A stretch of DNA of 32,000 bases. Source: Minisyncoccota bacterium (GTDB taxonomy: Bacteria > Patescibacteriota > Minisyncoccia > Minisyncoccales > Minisyncoccaceae). Shown here piece after piece: positions 8,951 to 16,475 of the stretch. Below the pieces are notes generated by a model. The model ran no database searches. It was not told the origin of the DNA and saw only the letters and a program-made list of their open reading frames with translations. The stretch lies in contig JBAZJL010000002.1 of assembly GCA_041651335.1 (NCBI GenBank), positions 1 through 32,000 on the forward strand, in the 5' to 3' direction. Every line of letters starts with the position of its first letter. Position 1 is the first letter of the stretch. The position numbers and the translations under genes were made by a program.

Positions 8951-9265
8951 CCCATTATTTCACTGGGAATTGAAGGCGGAGGGCCGACGGGCCCGAGCCC
9001 GGCCTGACCGAAACTTCACCAGAAGTTTACGCGAAGGCAATTCCCAACATCCCGACCCATTATTTCACTGGGAATTGAAGGCGGAGGGCCGACGGGCCCG
9101 AGCCCGGCCTGAGCGAAACTTCACCAGAAGTTTACGCGAAGGCAATTCCCAGCATCCCGACCCATTATTTCACTGGGAATTGAAGGCAAAGGGCCGACGG
9201 GCCCGAGCCCGGCCTGACCGAAACTTCACCAGAAGTTTACGCGAAGGCAATTCCCAGCATCCCGA
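8951..9265 (+). repeat. Three tandem 105-bp units. Each holds a GC-rich three-helix module plus a copy of the last 18 nt of tRNA-Pro.
   Basis: CAATTCCCAGCATCCCGA occurs at 8933 (inside the tRNA), 9038 (one mismatch), 9143 and 9248, giving a period of 105 bp. The modules lie at 8963-9047, 9068-9152 and 9173-9257. Confidence 0.95.
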
Positions 9266-9324
9266 CCATTAGTTTTGTTGAGAATTAAGGGCAAATGGCC
9301 GATTAAGACCAAGTCAAGGCCTAA

Positions 9325-9395
9325 GGATCCGTAATTTAATGGTAAAATACTGCTTTCACACAGCAGCGACATGAGTTCGATTCTCGTCGGATCCA
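9325..9395 (+). tRNA. tRNA-Val (anticodon CAC)
   Basis: Acceptor is GGATCCG/CGGATCC. D stem is ATTT/AAAT. Anticodon stem is CTGCT/AGCAG with loop TTCACAC. T arm is ATGAG-TTCGATT-CTCGT. Discriminator is A and no CCA is encoded. Confidence 0.9.
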
Positions 9396-9461
9396 CATAA
9401 AAACACTAAAATATGCATAAAAATAGCGTTTTTTGTTAAAATTAATGAATTTTTATTAAAA

Positions 9462-9493
9462 AATAGGGATTTTAAAATAAAATCCTATTTTTT
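9462..9493 (+). terminator. AT-rich hairpin plus T-run; likely terminator of the tRNA Ala-Pro-Val cluster
   Basis: AATAGGGATTTTA-AAA-TAAAATCCTATT forms 12 bp with one bulged G and runs into TTTTTT. An A-run upstream means it could act in both directions. Confidence 0.45.
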
Positions 9494-9521
9494 ATATTCA
9501 ATCCAATGTCGCACAATATTA

Positions 9522-10285
9522 ATGTTCCACGTAGAACATATTGATTTTTAGATACCCCTACGTATTTTAGAGACGAATGATTAGCTGTTTCAGACAAAAT
9601 GAAAATATTTTAGAAAACATTTCTCCTAAAAATCATTAATCATTTAAGATGTTGTTTGTTTTATTGTTTAAAAATTAATGATGTTCCACGTGGAACATTC
9701 AATTTTTATGCTCTTAAAACATATGTTTATTGATGATCATGGTTTTGGGACAAAATTACATTTTAAAAAACTTTTGCTTTCCTAAAAATCATTAATCATT
9801 TAAGGTGCTGTTATGTTATTATTCTGTAAAATTACGTGTTCCACGTGGAACATTAATGTTTTTTATAGATTAAAATGCCATATTATTAATCATCTATGTT
9901 TTTAAGGAAAAATGTTTTCTAAAATATTTTCATTTTGTCAAAAATCATTAATCATTTAAAGTGTTATTTGTTTTATTGTCTAAAAATTAATGATGTTCCA
10001 CGTGGAACATTAAACTTATATATACTTAAAACTTACAATCATTGATGATCATGGTTTTGGGACAAAATTACATTTAAAAAAACTTTTGTTTTCCTAAAAA
10101 TCATTAATCATTTAAGGTGCTATTATGTTATTATTCTGTAAAATTACGTGTTCCACGTGGAACATTAATGTTTTTTATAGATTAAAATGCCTTATTATTA
10201 ATCATCTATGTTTTTAAGGAAAAATGCTTTTCAAAATATTTTCATTTTGCCTGAAACAGCTAATCATTCGTCGCTAAAATACGTA
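9522..10285. repeat. AT-rich repeat block with five regularly spaced GTTCCACGTGGAAC palindromes, alternating ~156-bp units (A-B-A-B), bounded by 68-bp inverted repeats
   Basis: Palindromes lie at 9522-9539 (one mismatch), 9681-9698, 9837-9852, 9993-10010 and 10149-10164. The marker AAAAATCATTAATCATTTAA recurs at about 9628, 9783, 9939 and 10095. The inverted repeats at 9559-9626 and 10218-10285 differ at about 6 of 68 positions by my count. Confidence 0.9.
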
Positions 10286-10336
10286 AAAACATAAAATTTT
10301 TAATAAAAAACACTAAATAATCTACTATAGTCTTTA

Positions 10337-10470
10337 TGTGGACATAAAATGTTACTTAAAACAAACATTATGTCCACTAATGTCCACTAAATTTTAATGG
10401 ACAAGGTATGTGGACAATTATGTGGAAAAACAATGATTTATGTGGACAAATCCGGACATATTATTTGGAC
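10337..10470. promoter_or_regulatory. Cluster of DnaA-box-like TGTGGACA / TGTCCAC motifs (right cluster)
   Basis: Three boxes match TTATCCACA at 8/9 on the minus strand: TGTGGACAA at 10409-10417, TGTGGAAAA at 10421-10429 and TGTGGACAA at 10441-10449. TGTGGACAT at 10337-10345 matches 7/9. There are also two TGTCCACTAA motifs at 10371-10390 and weaker GGACA motifs. Confidence 0.4.
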
Positions 10471-10559
10471 ATTCTTATTGTTTAAAATAAAAACAAAAAT
10501 TAAGTGGAAATAAAATATTTTGTAATTTTGTCTAATTAAGATATAATTTTAATAAAAAC

Positions 10560-10961
10560 ATGGCTAATTGTTTTAAGGTTGGAAAAATAGGGGAATTAAT
10601 TGCTGAAAAATATTTACAAAAAAACAACTATCAGATAATAGATAGAAATTTTTATTTAATAAGCAAAACAACGAATAAAAAAATAGGGGAAATAGATTTG
10701 ATTGCGAAAAAAAATAAAACCCATATCTTTGTAGAAGTAAAAGCAACTTGCAAAAAGGGCCTAAAAATACCATTAGAGGGTAAAATAAATAAGAAAAAGA
10801 AGAAAAGAATGATTATTGTAAGCGAGGCCTGGCTTTTAAAAAACAAATTGGGCTTTACCATCCCTTGGCAAATTGATATAATCACTATTGAAATTAATTT
10901 GATGGATAAAAAAGCTAGAGTCAAACATTATCAAAACGCAATTGAAGATATAAAAAAATAA
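10560..10961 (+). CDS. yraN: YraN-family (UPF0102) endonuclease-like protein
   Basis: 133 aa. It contains GELIAEKYL, GEIDLIA and FVEVKA. Its stop overlaps the plsY ATG (TAATG). Confidence 0.75.
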   Translation: MANCFKVGKIGELIAEKYLQKNNYQIIDRNFYLISKTTNKKIGEIDLIAKKNKTHIFVEVKATCKKGLKIPLEGKINKKKKKRMIIVSEAWLLKNKLGFTIPWQIDIITIEINLMDKKARVKHYQNAIEDIKK

Positions 10962-11557
10962 TGGAAAAACAACTAATTTTTATTTTTTTCTTAATCGCTG
11001 GATATCTATTAGGATCAATTCCTTTTGGCTACATTATTTCAAAAACAAAAAATATTGATATTCGTAAAAAGGGGAGTGGAGCCACGGGCGCAACCAATGT
11101 TTCTCGTTTTTTAGGACTAAAATATGCTATTTTAGTAGCAGTTTTAGATATTTTAAAAGCTATTATTCCAATATTTTTTGCTAAGTTTTATTTTCAGCCA
11201 GGAATAGAATTGGCCTTGATTTCCATTGCTCCAGTTTTAGGCCACATTTTTCCGGTTTGGCTTAATTTTAAAGGAGGGAAAGGGGTTTCTGTTATTTTTG
11301 CTTCTATAATTATGGTGATTGGATGGAAATATTCATTAATTATTTTGGCTTTTTGGGTTTTATTTTTATTCATTATTAAGATTATGAGCTTAACAAATAT
11401 TCTTCTTTTCTTAATCCTGCCTTTTCTTTTCTGGTATTTAACTCATTCTTATATATATGTAGGTCTGGGAATTTTTTATGTTTTGATTATCTGGTGGGCT
11501 CATCGAGAAAATATCAAACGATTATTGCAGGGAACTGAGCCAAAAATTATAAAATAA
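10961..11557 (+). CDS. plsY: Glycerol-3-phosphate acyltransferase PlsY (acyl-phosphate dependent), paralog 1
   Basis: 198 aa polytopic membrane protein. It contains LLGSIPFGYIISK, KGSGATGATNV and GHIFPVWLNFKGGKGVS. Confidence 0.9.
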   Translation: MEKQLIFIFFLIAGYLLGSIPFGYIISKTKNIDIRKKGSGATGATNVSRFLGLKYAILVAVLDILKAIIPIFFAKFYFQPGIELALISIAPVLGHIFPVWLNFKGGKGVSVIFASIIMVIGWKYSLIILAFWVLFLFIIKIMSLTNILLFLILPFLFWYLTHSYIYVGLGIFYVLIIWWAHRENIKRLLQGTEPKIIK

Positions 11558-11576
11558 AAATTTTAAAATCCTAATA

Positions 11577-12134
11577 ATGTTTTCTTTATTCTATTTTTTA
11601 TCTATATTTTATTTTTTTATTCCCGCTTATATTGCTAATTGCATTCCGCCTCTTTTGGGTAAAATTAAATTTTTAGATTATCCTTTGGACAACAACAAAA
11701 TACTCTGGGGCGCGCCGATTTTAGGTAGCCATAAAACTTGGCGGGGATTAGTTGCCGAGCTAATTTCTTGTAGCTTATTTACTTGGATCTTCTTTGAAAT
11801 AAATCATTATTTCCAGTCTGGAATTTATGAAAATTTAGGATTTTCTTCTTACTATGAATTTGGCGGGCTTGCTTTTGGCACGCTTTTGGGGACAGGTATA
11901 ATTTTTGGAGATGTTTTTTTTGCTTTTATAAAAAGACGGCTTCGCCTTCGGCCTGGTTTTCCTTTTGTTCCTTTTGACCAAACTAATTATGTAATTGGAG
12001 CCTTTCTTTTTGTTGAACCCATCGCTCATTTTGGTTTTAATTTTTGGGCTATTCTATTCTTTTTAACTTTTTTTATTCATATTATTTTTAATCGGATTGG
12101 GTATAATTTAGGCTTGCACAAAGCAAAATGGTAA
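11577..12134 (+). CDS. CDP-archaeol synthase-like (CarS/DUF46 family) membrane cytidylyltransferase homolog
   Basis: 185 aa polytopic protein. PAYIANCIPPLLGK...YPLD...LGSHKTWRGL fits the DUF46/CarS pattern as I recall it. Confidence 0.65.
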   Translation: MFSLFYFLSIFYFFIPAYIANCIPPLLGKIKFLDYPLDNNKILWGAPILGSHKTWRGLVAELISCSLFTWIFFEINHYFQSGIYENLGFSSYYEFGGLAFGTLLGTGIIFGDVFFAFIKRRLRLRPGFPFVPFDQTNYVIGAFLFVEPIAHFGFNFWAILFFLTFFIHIIFNRIGYNLGLHKAKW

Positions 12135-12163
12135 TATAAGATAAATTAGCCTTCAAAAAAGGC

Positions 12164-12829
12164 ATGAATTCATATTTTATGCAAAATATTTTTCAAATAA
12201 TCTCTCAAGCTTTTATTATTAATGCCTCTAATTTGATTTGGGGTATTTTTATCTTACTGGCCGGATGGTTTGTTTCTGTTAAAATTAGAAACATGGCTAT
12301 TGATATTTTTAATAAAATCAGACTCAACCAAATGGCAAAAACTTTGGGCTGGGAAACATTTTTTGATCGCTATGATGCTCATTTAAATATTGCAAAGTTT
12401 TTTGGGGCAATCATCGAAGCTCTTTTCCTTATTATGTTTTTTACGGTTTTCTTTGATATTATTGGTTTAAATCAGTTCAATTCGGTTTTAATGTCTATTA
12501 TTAGCTTTTTTCCGAATATCCTGATTTCAATGATAATTTTCATTTTCGCGATTTTTATCGCCAGCTTTTCAAAAAAAATAGTTTTAGTTAGCTTGGAAAA
12601 AGAAAAAATAACTTATTCCGGAATTTTAGGAAATATTATTTCTTCTGCTGCTTGGATTCTAGCTGTTTTAGCAATCTTGTATCAATTAAATATTGTTCCT
12701 ACCTTGATTCTTAGTATTTTTATTGGCTTCGTCGCCTTAATTGTTATTACTTTTGGTTTAGCTTTTGGGCTTGGCGGCAAAGATTTAGCAAAAAAATTAT
12801 TAGAGGGGTGGGAAGAAAAAATGAAATGA
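12164..12829 (+). CDS. Integral membrane protein of unknown function (4-5 predicted TM helices)
   Basis: 221 aa with long hydrophobic segments. It ends with a TGA stop, which shows that TGA is a stop codon in this genome. Confidence 0.6.
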   Translation: MNSYFMQNIFQIISQAFIINASNLIWGIFILLAGWFVSVKIRNMAIDIFNKIRLNQMAKTLGWETFFDRYDAHLNIAKFFGAIIEALFLIMFFTVFFDIIGLNQFNSVLMSIISFFPNILISMIIFIFAIFIASFSKKIVLVSLEKEKITYSGILGNIISSAAWILAVLAILYQLNIVPTLILSIFIGFVALIVITFGLAFGLGGKDLAKKLLEGWEEKMK

Positions 12830-12834
12830 TAACA

Positions 12835-12860
12835 AAAGAGGAAACCCATTTCCTCTTTTT
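12835..12860 (+). terminator. Terminator-like hairpin between the membrane-protein gene and the fakA-like gene
   Basis: AAAGAGGAAA-CCCA-TTTCCTCTTT forms a perfect 10-bp stem followed by TT. The next ATG is 6 nt downstream. Confidence 0.4.
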
Positions 12861-12865
12861 AACCT

Positions 12866-14653
12866 ATGGAAACACTTACTTATCAGGAGCTGAAAAAAAT
12901 GTTTGTTTTCTCTGCGGAAAAAGTAGAGAGAGACAAAGAACAAATAAATAAAATAAACGTCTTTCCTGTTCCAGACCAAGACACGGGAAGCAATCTTGCT
13001 GCCACGCTTATTGGAATAAAACAAGCAATTGCGGAAAAAGAATTCAAAGGAATGGAAGACTTTGGAGAAACGGTTTTAGACGCTGCCTTAACTGCAGCCC
13101 AGGGGAATACCGGCATAATTTATACTGGTTTTTTGGCTGGATTTATCCCTGCGCTTGATAATAAAGACCCTCAAGCCAAAGATTTAGGCAATGCTTTTAC
13201 TAAAGGATATGAACGGGCCAAAGATTCTATTCAAAACCCAAAAGAGGGAACCATCTTAGACGTTATCAAGGCTTTTGCCGAAACCTTTAATCAAAGCGCT
13301 CAAAACGAAACTGATATTACCAAGCTATTTTTAGAGGCATTTAAATCTGCCAACACTGCTTTATTGGAAACACCAAATAAAATGGAAATTTTAAAAAAAG
13401 CCGGGGTAGTTGATGCCGGTGGCTTAGGTTTTCTTATCATCCTAGAAACATATCTTGATGTTTTACTAGAGAGGTCAGAGGCTTTTTCTGCTGTTAAACC
13501 AGCAATTCTTCGCGAAGAAGAGTCAGCAACAAAAAAGTTTGTTCAAATCTTGTCCAATCGCTACGAAGTTGTTGCTTTAATGCGCCGAACTGATACCAAA
13601 GAATCGGAAATGAGAAATCAGCTTAAAAATTTGGGAAACTGCCTGGACATTATTCAAATAGGCGATCGAACAAAAATTCATATCCACACCGACGATCCTT
13701 ATGACGTTCGAGATATTATTTCAAAAATGGGAGCAGTGGAAAATCTTAGAATTCAAGATATGGCCATGGAAATAGTGGGCGAAGAATCGATTGTAAAAGA
13801 TGTTTCTATTGGAATTGTAATTGACGAAAGAGCAGGATTAAGCCAAAAAATTATTCAGCACTATGATATTGAAGTTATTCCTTTTCGAATAAGCTGGCCC
13901 GAAGAACAACAATTAGAAGGTGAAAATGTTTGCGAAAAAATAAAACATGCTCAAAAAAAAGGGTTGCACAATCGGCCAAAAATAAATCCAATTTCTCCAG
14001 AATTTTTTATGGAATCATTTAAAAAACAACTGGAAAAATTTGAAAACGTTATTTGCATTGTCAGCAGTAGCAAACTTTCAAATAATTATCTTTCTGCCTT
14101 AAAAGCAAAAAGTATGCTAAGCTGGAATCAGAAAGAAAAGATTTTTATAATCGATTCACGACAAATAAGCGCTGGTCAATCCTTGGCAGTTTTAGAAGCA
14201 ATTGAACTGATTAGAGAGCAAAGAAAAATAAAAGAAGTGGTCGCCAGATTGGAAAAAATAATTCCCCAAATTCATTTTTCTGGAATTTTAGAAAACGATC
14301 GCTGGGAGAAAAAGAAAAAATTACCTTCTTGGTTTCAAAAAGAATCTCAAAAAGAATATCTGCTTATCGAAACAAGAGCTGGCCGAATAATCCCAACCCA
14401 AAAAATCAGATCAGAAGATTTTGCCGGAATCCTTTTTAACAAAATAGAACGTTTCGCCCGCCGAGATTTGCAATCTGGAAAAAAAATACGAGCAGTTATT
14501 GCCCATGCCGACAATCCCGAACAAGCGGAAAAGCTAAAAGCTGGATTAAAAACAACAAAAAAGGCTGATATTTCTTTTATCGGAATAACTGATCCAGTAA
14601 CCAGTATTAATGCCTGCCCTGAAAGTTTATTTGTGGGTTGGATAATAAAGTAA
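12866..14653 (+). CDS. fakA: DAK2-domain fatty acid kinase subunit (FakA/YloV-like) with a C-terminal DegV-paralog domain
   Basis: 595 aa. The N-terminus carries INKINVFPVPDQDTGSNL, the DAK2/YloV signature. The C-terminal ~280 aa start IGIVIDERAGL...IPFRISWPEE and contain AHADNPEQAEKLK, which closely resembles the two downstream DegV proteins. Confidence 0.8.
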   Translation: METLTYQELKKMFVFSAEKVERDKEQINKINVFPVPDQDTGSNLAATLIGIKQAIAEKEFKGMEDFGETVLDAALTAAQGNTGIIYTGFLAGFIPALDNKDPQAKDLGNAFTKGYERAKDSIQNPKEGTILDVIKAFAETFNQSAQNETDITKLFLEAFKSANTALLETPNKMEILKKAGVVDAGGLGFLIILETYLDVLLERSEAFSAVKPAILREEESATKKFVQILSNRYEVVALMRRTDTKESEMRNQLKNLGNCLDIIQIGDRTKIHIHTDDPYDVRDIISKMGAVENLRIQDMAMEIVGEESIVKDVSIGIVIDERAGLSQKIIQHYDIEVIPFRISWPEEQQLEGENVCEKIKHAQKKGLHNRPKINPISPEFFMESFKKQLEKFENVICIVSSSKLSNNYLSALKAKSMLSWNQKEKIFIIDSRQISAGQSLAVLEAIELIREQRKIKEVVARLEKIIPQIHFSGILENDRWEKKKKLPSWFQKESQKEYLLIETRAGRIIPTQKIRSEDFAGILFNKIERFARRDLQSGKKIRAVIAHADNPEQAEKLKAGLKTTKKADISFIGITDPVTSINACPESLFVGWIIK

Positions 14654-14657
14654 TTTT

Positions 14658-15548
14658 ATGCTTATGGAAAACTCTTTAGAAAATAAAAAAAATATTGGAC
14701 TGATTGCCGATGAAATGGGAGACTTGCCCGAAGACATGGTTATGGCCAATGAAGTTTCGATTGTAAAATTTAAAATAGATTATGGAGAATTGGAGTCTTT
14801 TCCTGGAAACGTTTATCAAAAAATAAGAGAGGGGGAAAAAAGGGGATTGCCTTCACTATTAAAAACTTCCCAACCATCAATTAATGATTTTTTAAAAATT
14901 TTTAAAGAAAAGCTTCAAAATTTTGAAAAGGTTATTTGTGTCACTTTTTCTTCAAAAATATCAGGCGCTTATAACTCTGCTATTCAAGCAATTAAATTTT
15001 TACCAGCAACAGACCAAAAAAATATTTATGTTTTAGATTCTCTTCAAGGAAGCGGAGCCGAAGGATTGATTATTTTAAAAGTAGCAGAAATGATTAAAGA
15101 GGCTAAATTAAAATTCGAAGAAATTATTGAAGAAATCCAAAAAAATCTAAATAATTTCCGCTTAGTGGCCACTTATGACAAGCCTAAATGGATTGAAGCA
15201 AGTGGACGCTTGCCAAAATTTCTGCCTCTTGCCTTAAATCAAGCGGAAATTCGTAATATTAAACCTATTTTTACTATTAAAAACGGAAAACTAAGCATTA
15301 TCGGCATTAAAAAAAATATCAATGGATTGGGCCAAGCAATTTTTGAAGAATTCAAAAAACAAACTACCAACATTACCACCAAAATCAAGGTGGCAATCAA
15401 CCACGCCGACAATCCCGAACAAGCAGAAAGATTAAAAGGCTTAATCAAAACTTTACCAAACTGCGAAATTGCTTATGTAAATCTTGCCTGTTTCACTATT
15501 GGATCCCATACTGGTCCTGGAACAATGATTCTTTCCTGGCAACAATAA
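14658..15548 (+). CDS. DegV-family fatty-acid-binding protein (FakB-like) 1
   Basis: 296 aa. It contains TSQPSINDF, FSSKISGAYNSA, HADNPEQAERLK and IGSHTGPGT. Confidence 0.88.
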   Translation: MLMENSLENKKNIGLIADEMGDLPEDMVMANEVSIVKFKIDYGELESFPGNVYQKIREGEKRGLPSLLKTSQPSINDFLKIFKEKLQNFEKVICVTFSSKISGAYNSAIQAIKFLPATDQKNIYVLDSLQGSGAEGLIILKVAEMIKEAKLKFEEIIEEIQKNLNNFRLVATYDKPKWIEASGRLPKFLPLALNQAEIRNIKPIFTIKNGKLSIIGIKKNINGLGQAIFEEFKKQTTNITTKIKVAINHADNPEQAERLKGLIKTLPNCEIAYVNLACFTIGSHTGPGTMILSWQQ

Positions 15549-15579
15549 AATAAATATAATTTTATTAATAAATAAAAAT

Positions 15580-16458
15580 ATGAAAAATACTACCATAATC
15601 ATCGGTGATAGCGCTCCTATGACGCCAGAAATAGTAGAAAAATTCGGATTCAATATAGTTGAATTCAAAATTGATTGGCCAGAAGAAGCTGGAATTTTTG
15701 GAAAAAATCTTTTTGAAAAAATGCGCGAAGCAAAAAGAATGAACGTTAAAACAACGCCCAAAACTTCTCAGCCTTCTATTGGCGCTTTTAAAAAAGCTTA
15801 TGAACAAGCTTTTAAAAAAGCTCCCAATGTTTTGGCAATTACTATTAGTTCTGGAATTTCCGGTACTTATAATTCCGCGATCCAGGCAAAAAAAATGTTT
15901 AGCGCAGAAGAACAAAAAAGAATTTTTGTAGTCGATTCTTTTAATGCTGATGCTGCCGAAACAATGCTTGCAATCAAAGCTGCAGAAATGGACGAAATTG
16001 GCATGGAAGCTGAAGAAATTGCTAAAAAAATTGAAAGTTTAAAGCCTCAAACAAAATTATTTGGAATGATTGAAAGCCCTTATTGGCTTGAAGCCGGAGG
16101 CAGACTAAGCCATCCAATCGCCGTGCTTTTAGAACAAATGCAAAAAATAGGAATGAGACCGTTATTGTCAATTATTGATGGAGTAATTAAGCCAGCTAAT
16201 TTAAAAATGCAGGCCAAGGATACGGCCAATGCTTTATTTAAACAAATCGAGGAGCTTGTTAAAGAGCCGTTAGCCCAAGGAAAAAAAATAAGCATCGGAA
16301 TCTCTCATTCCGACACTCTATTCGAAGCAGAAAAATTAAAAGATTTAATTATTAAAAACTTTCCAGAAATAAAAATAGAATTTTTAACCACTATGGGTCC
16401 AGCCATTGGATCGCATACTGGTCCAGGAACTTTAATTTGTTGTTTTGTTGAAGATTAA
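15580..16458 (+). CDS. DegV-family fatty-acid-binding protein (FakB-like) 2
   Basis: 292 aa. It contains TSQPSIGAF, ISSGISGTYNSA and IGSHTGPGT. Confidence 0.88.
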   Translation: MKNTTIIIGDSAPMTPEIVEKFGFNIVEFKIDWPEEAGIFGKNLFEKMREAKRMNVKTTPKTSQPSIGAFKKAYEQAFKKAPNVLAITISSGISGTYNSAIQAKKMFSAEEQKRIFVVDSFNADAAETMLAIKAAEMDEIGMEAEEIAKKIESLKPQTKLFGMIESPYWLEAGGRLSHPIAVLLEQMQKIGMRPLLSIIDGVIKPANLKMQAKDTANALFKQIEELVKEPLAQGKKISIGISHSDTLFEAEKLKDLIIKNFPEIKIEFLTTMGPAIGSHTGPGTLICCFVED

Positions 16459-16475
16459 TAATATTATTTAAAAAT

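Noticed and set aside
8970-9272. 100-aa ORF with a 35-aa repeat (...ELKAEGRRARARPDRNFTRSLREGNSQHPDPLFHW...)
   Set aside because: The frame stays open only because the 105-bp non-coding repeat is a multiple of 3 and is GC-rich. It overlaps copies of the tRNA-Pro 3' end and the structured module, and it has no plausible start context.
8715-9395. tRNA introns or split tRNA genes as an explanation for the T-arm-flanked modules
   Set aside because: All five tRNAs fold as complete, colinear cloverleaves without insertions. The modules lie outside the mature tRNA sequences and lack any 5' acceptor, D-arm or anticodon-arm counterpart.
9522-10285. CRISPR array hypothesis for the regularly spaced palindromes (and for the tRNA-linked arrays)
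   Set aside because: The spacing of about 156 bp is far larger than a CRISPR repeat-spacer period. The intervening sequences are themselves repeated (an A-B-A-B pattern) rather than unique spacers. No cas genes are in the window.
12827-12829. Alternative genetic code (UGA recoding as in some CPR lineages)
   Set aside because: All conserved genes give full-length products under the standard bacterial code. At least one well-supported ORF (12164-12829) terminates with TGA.
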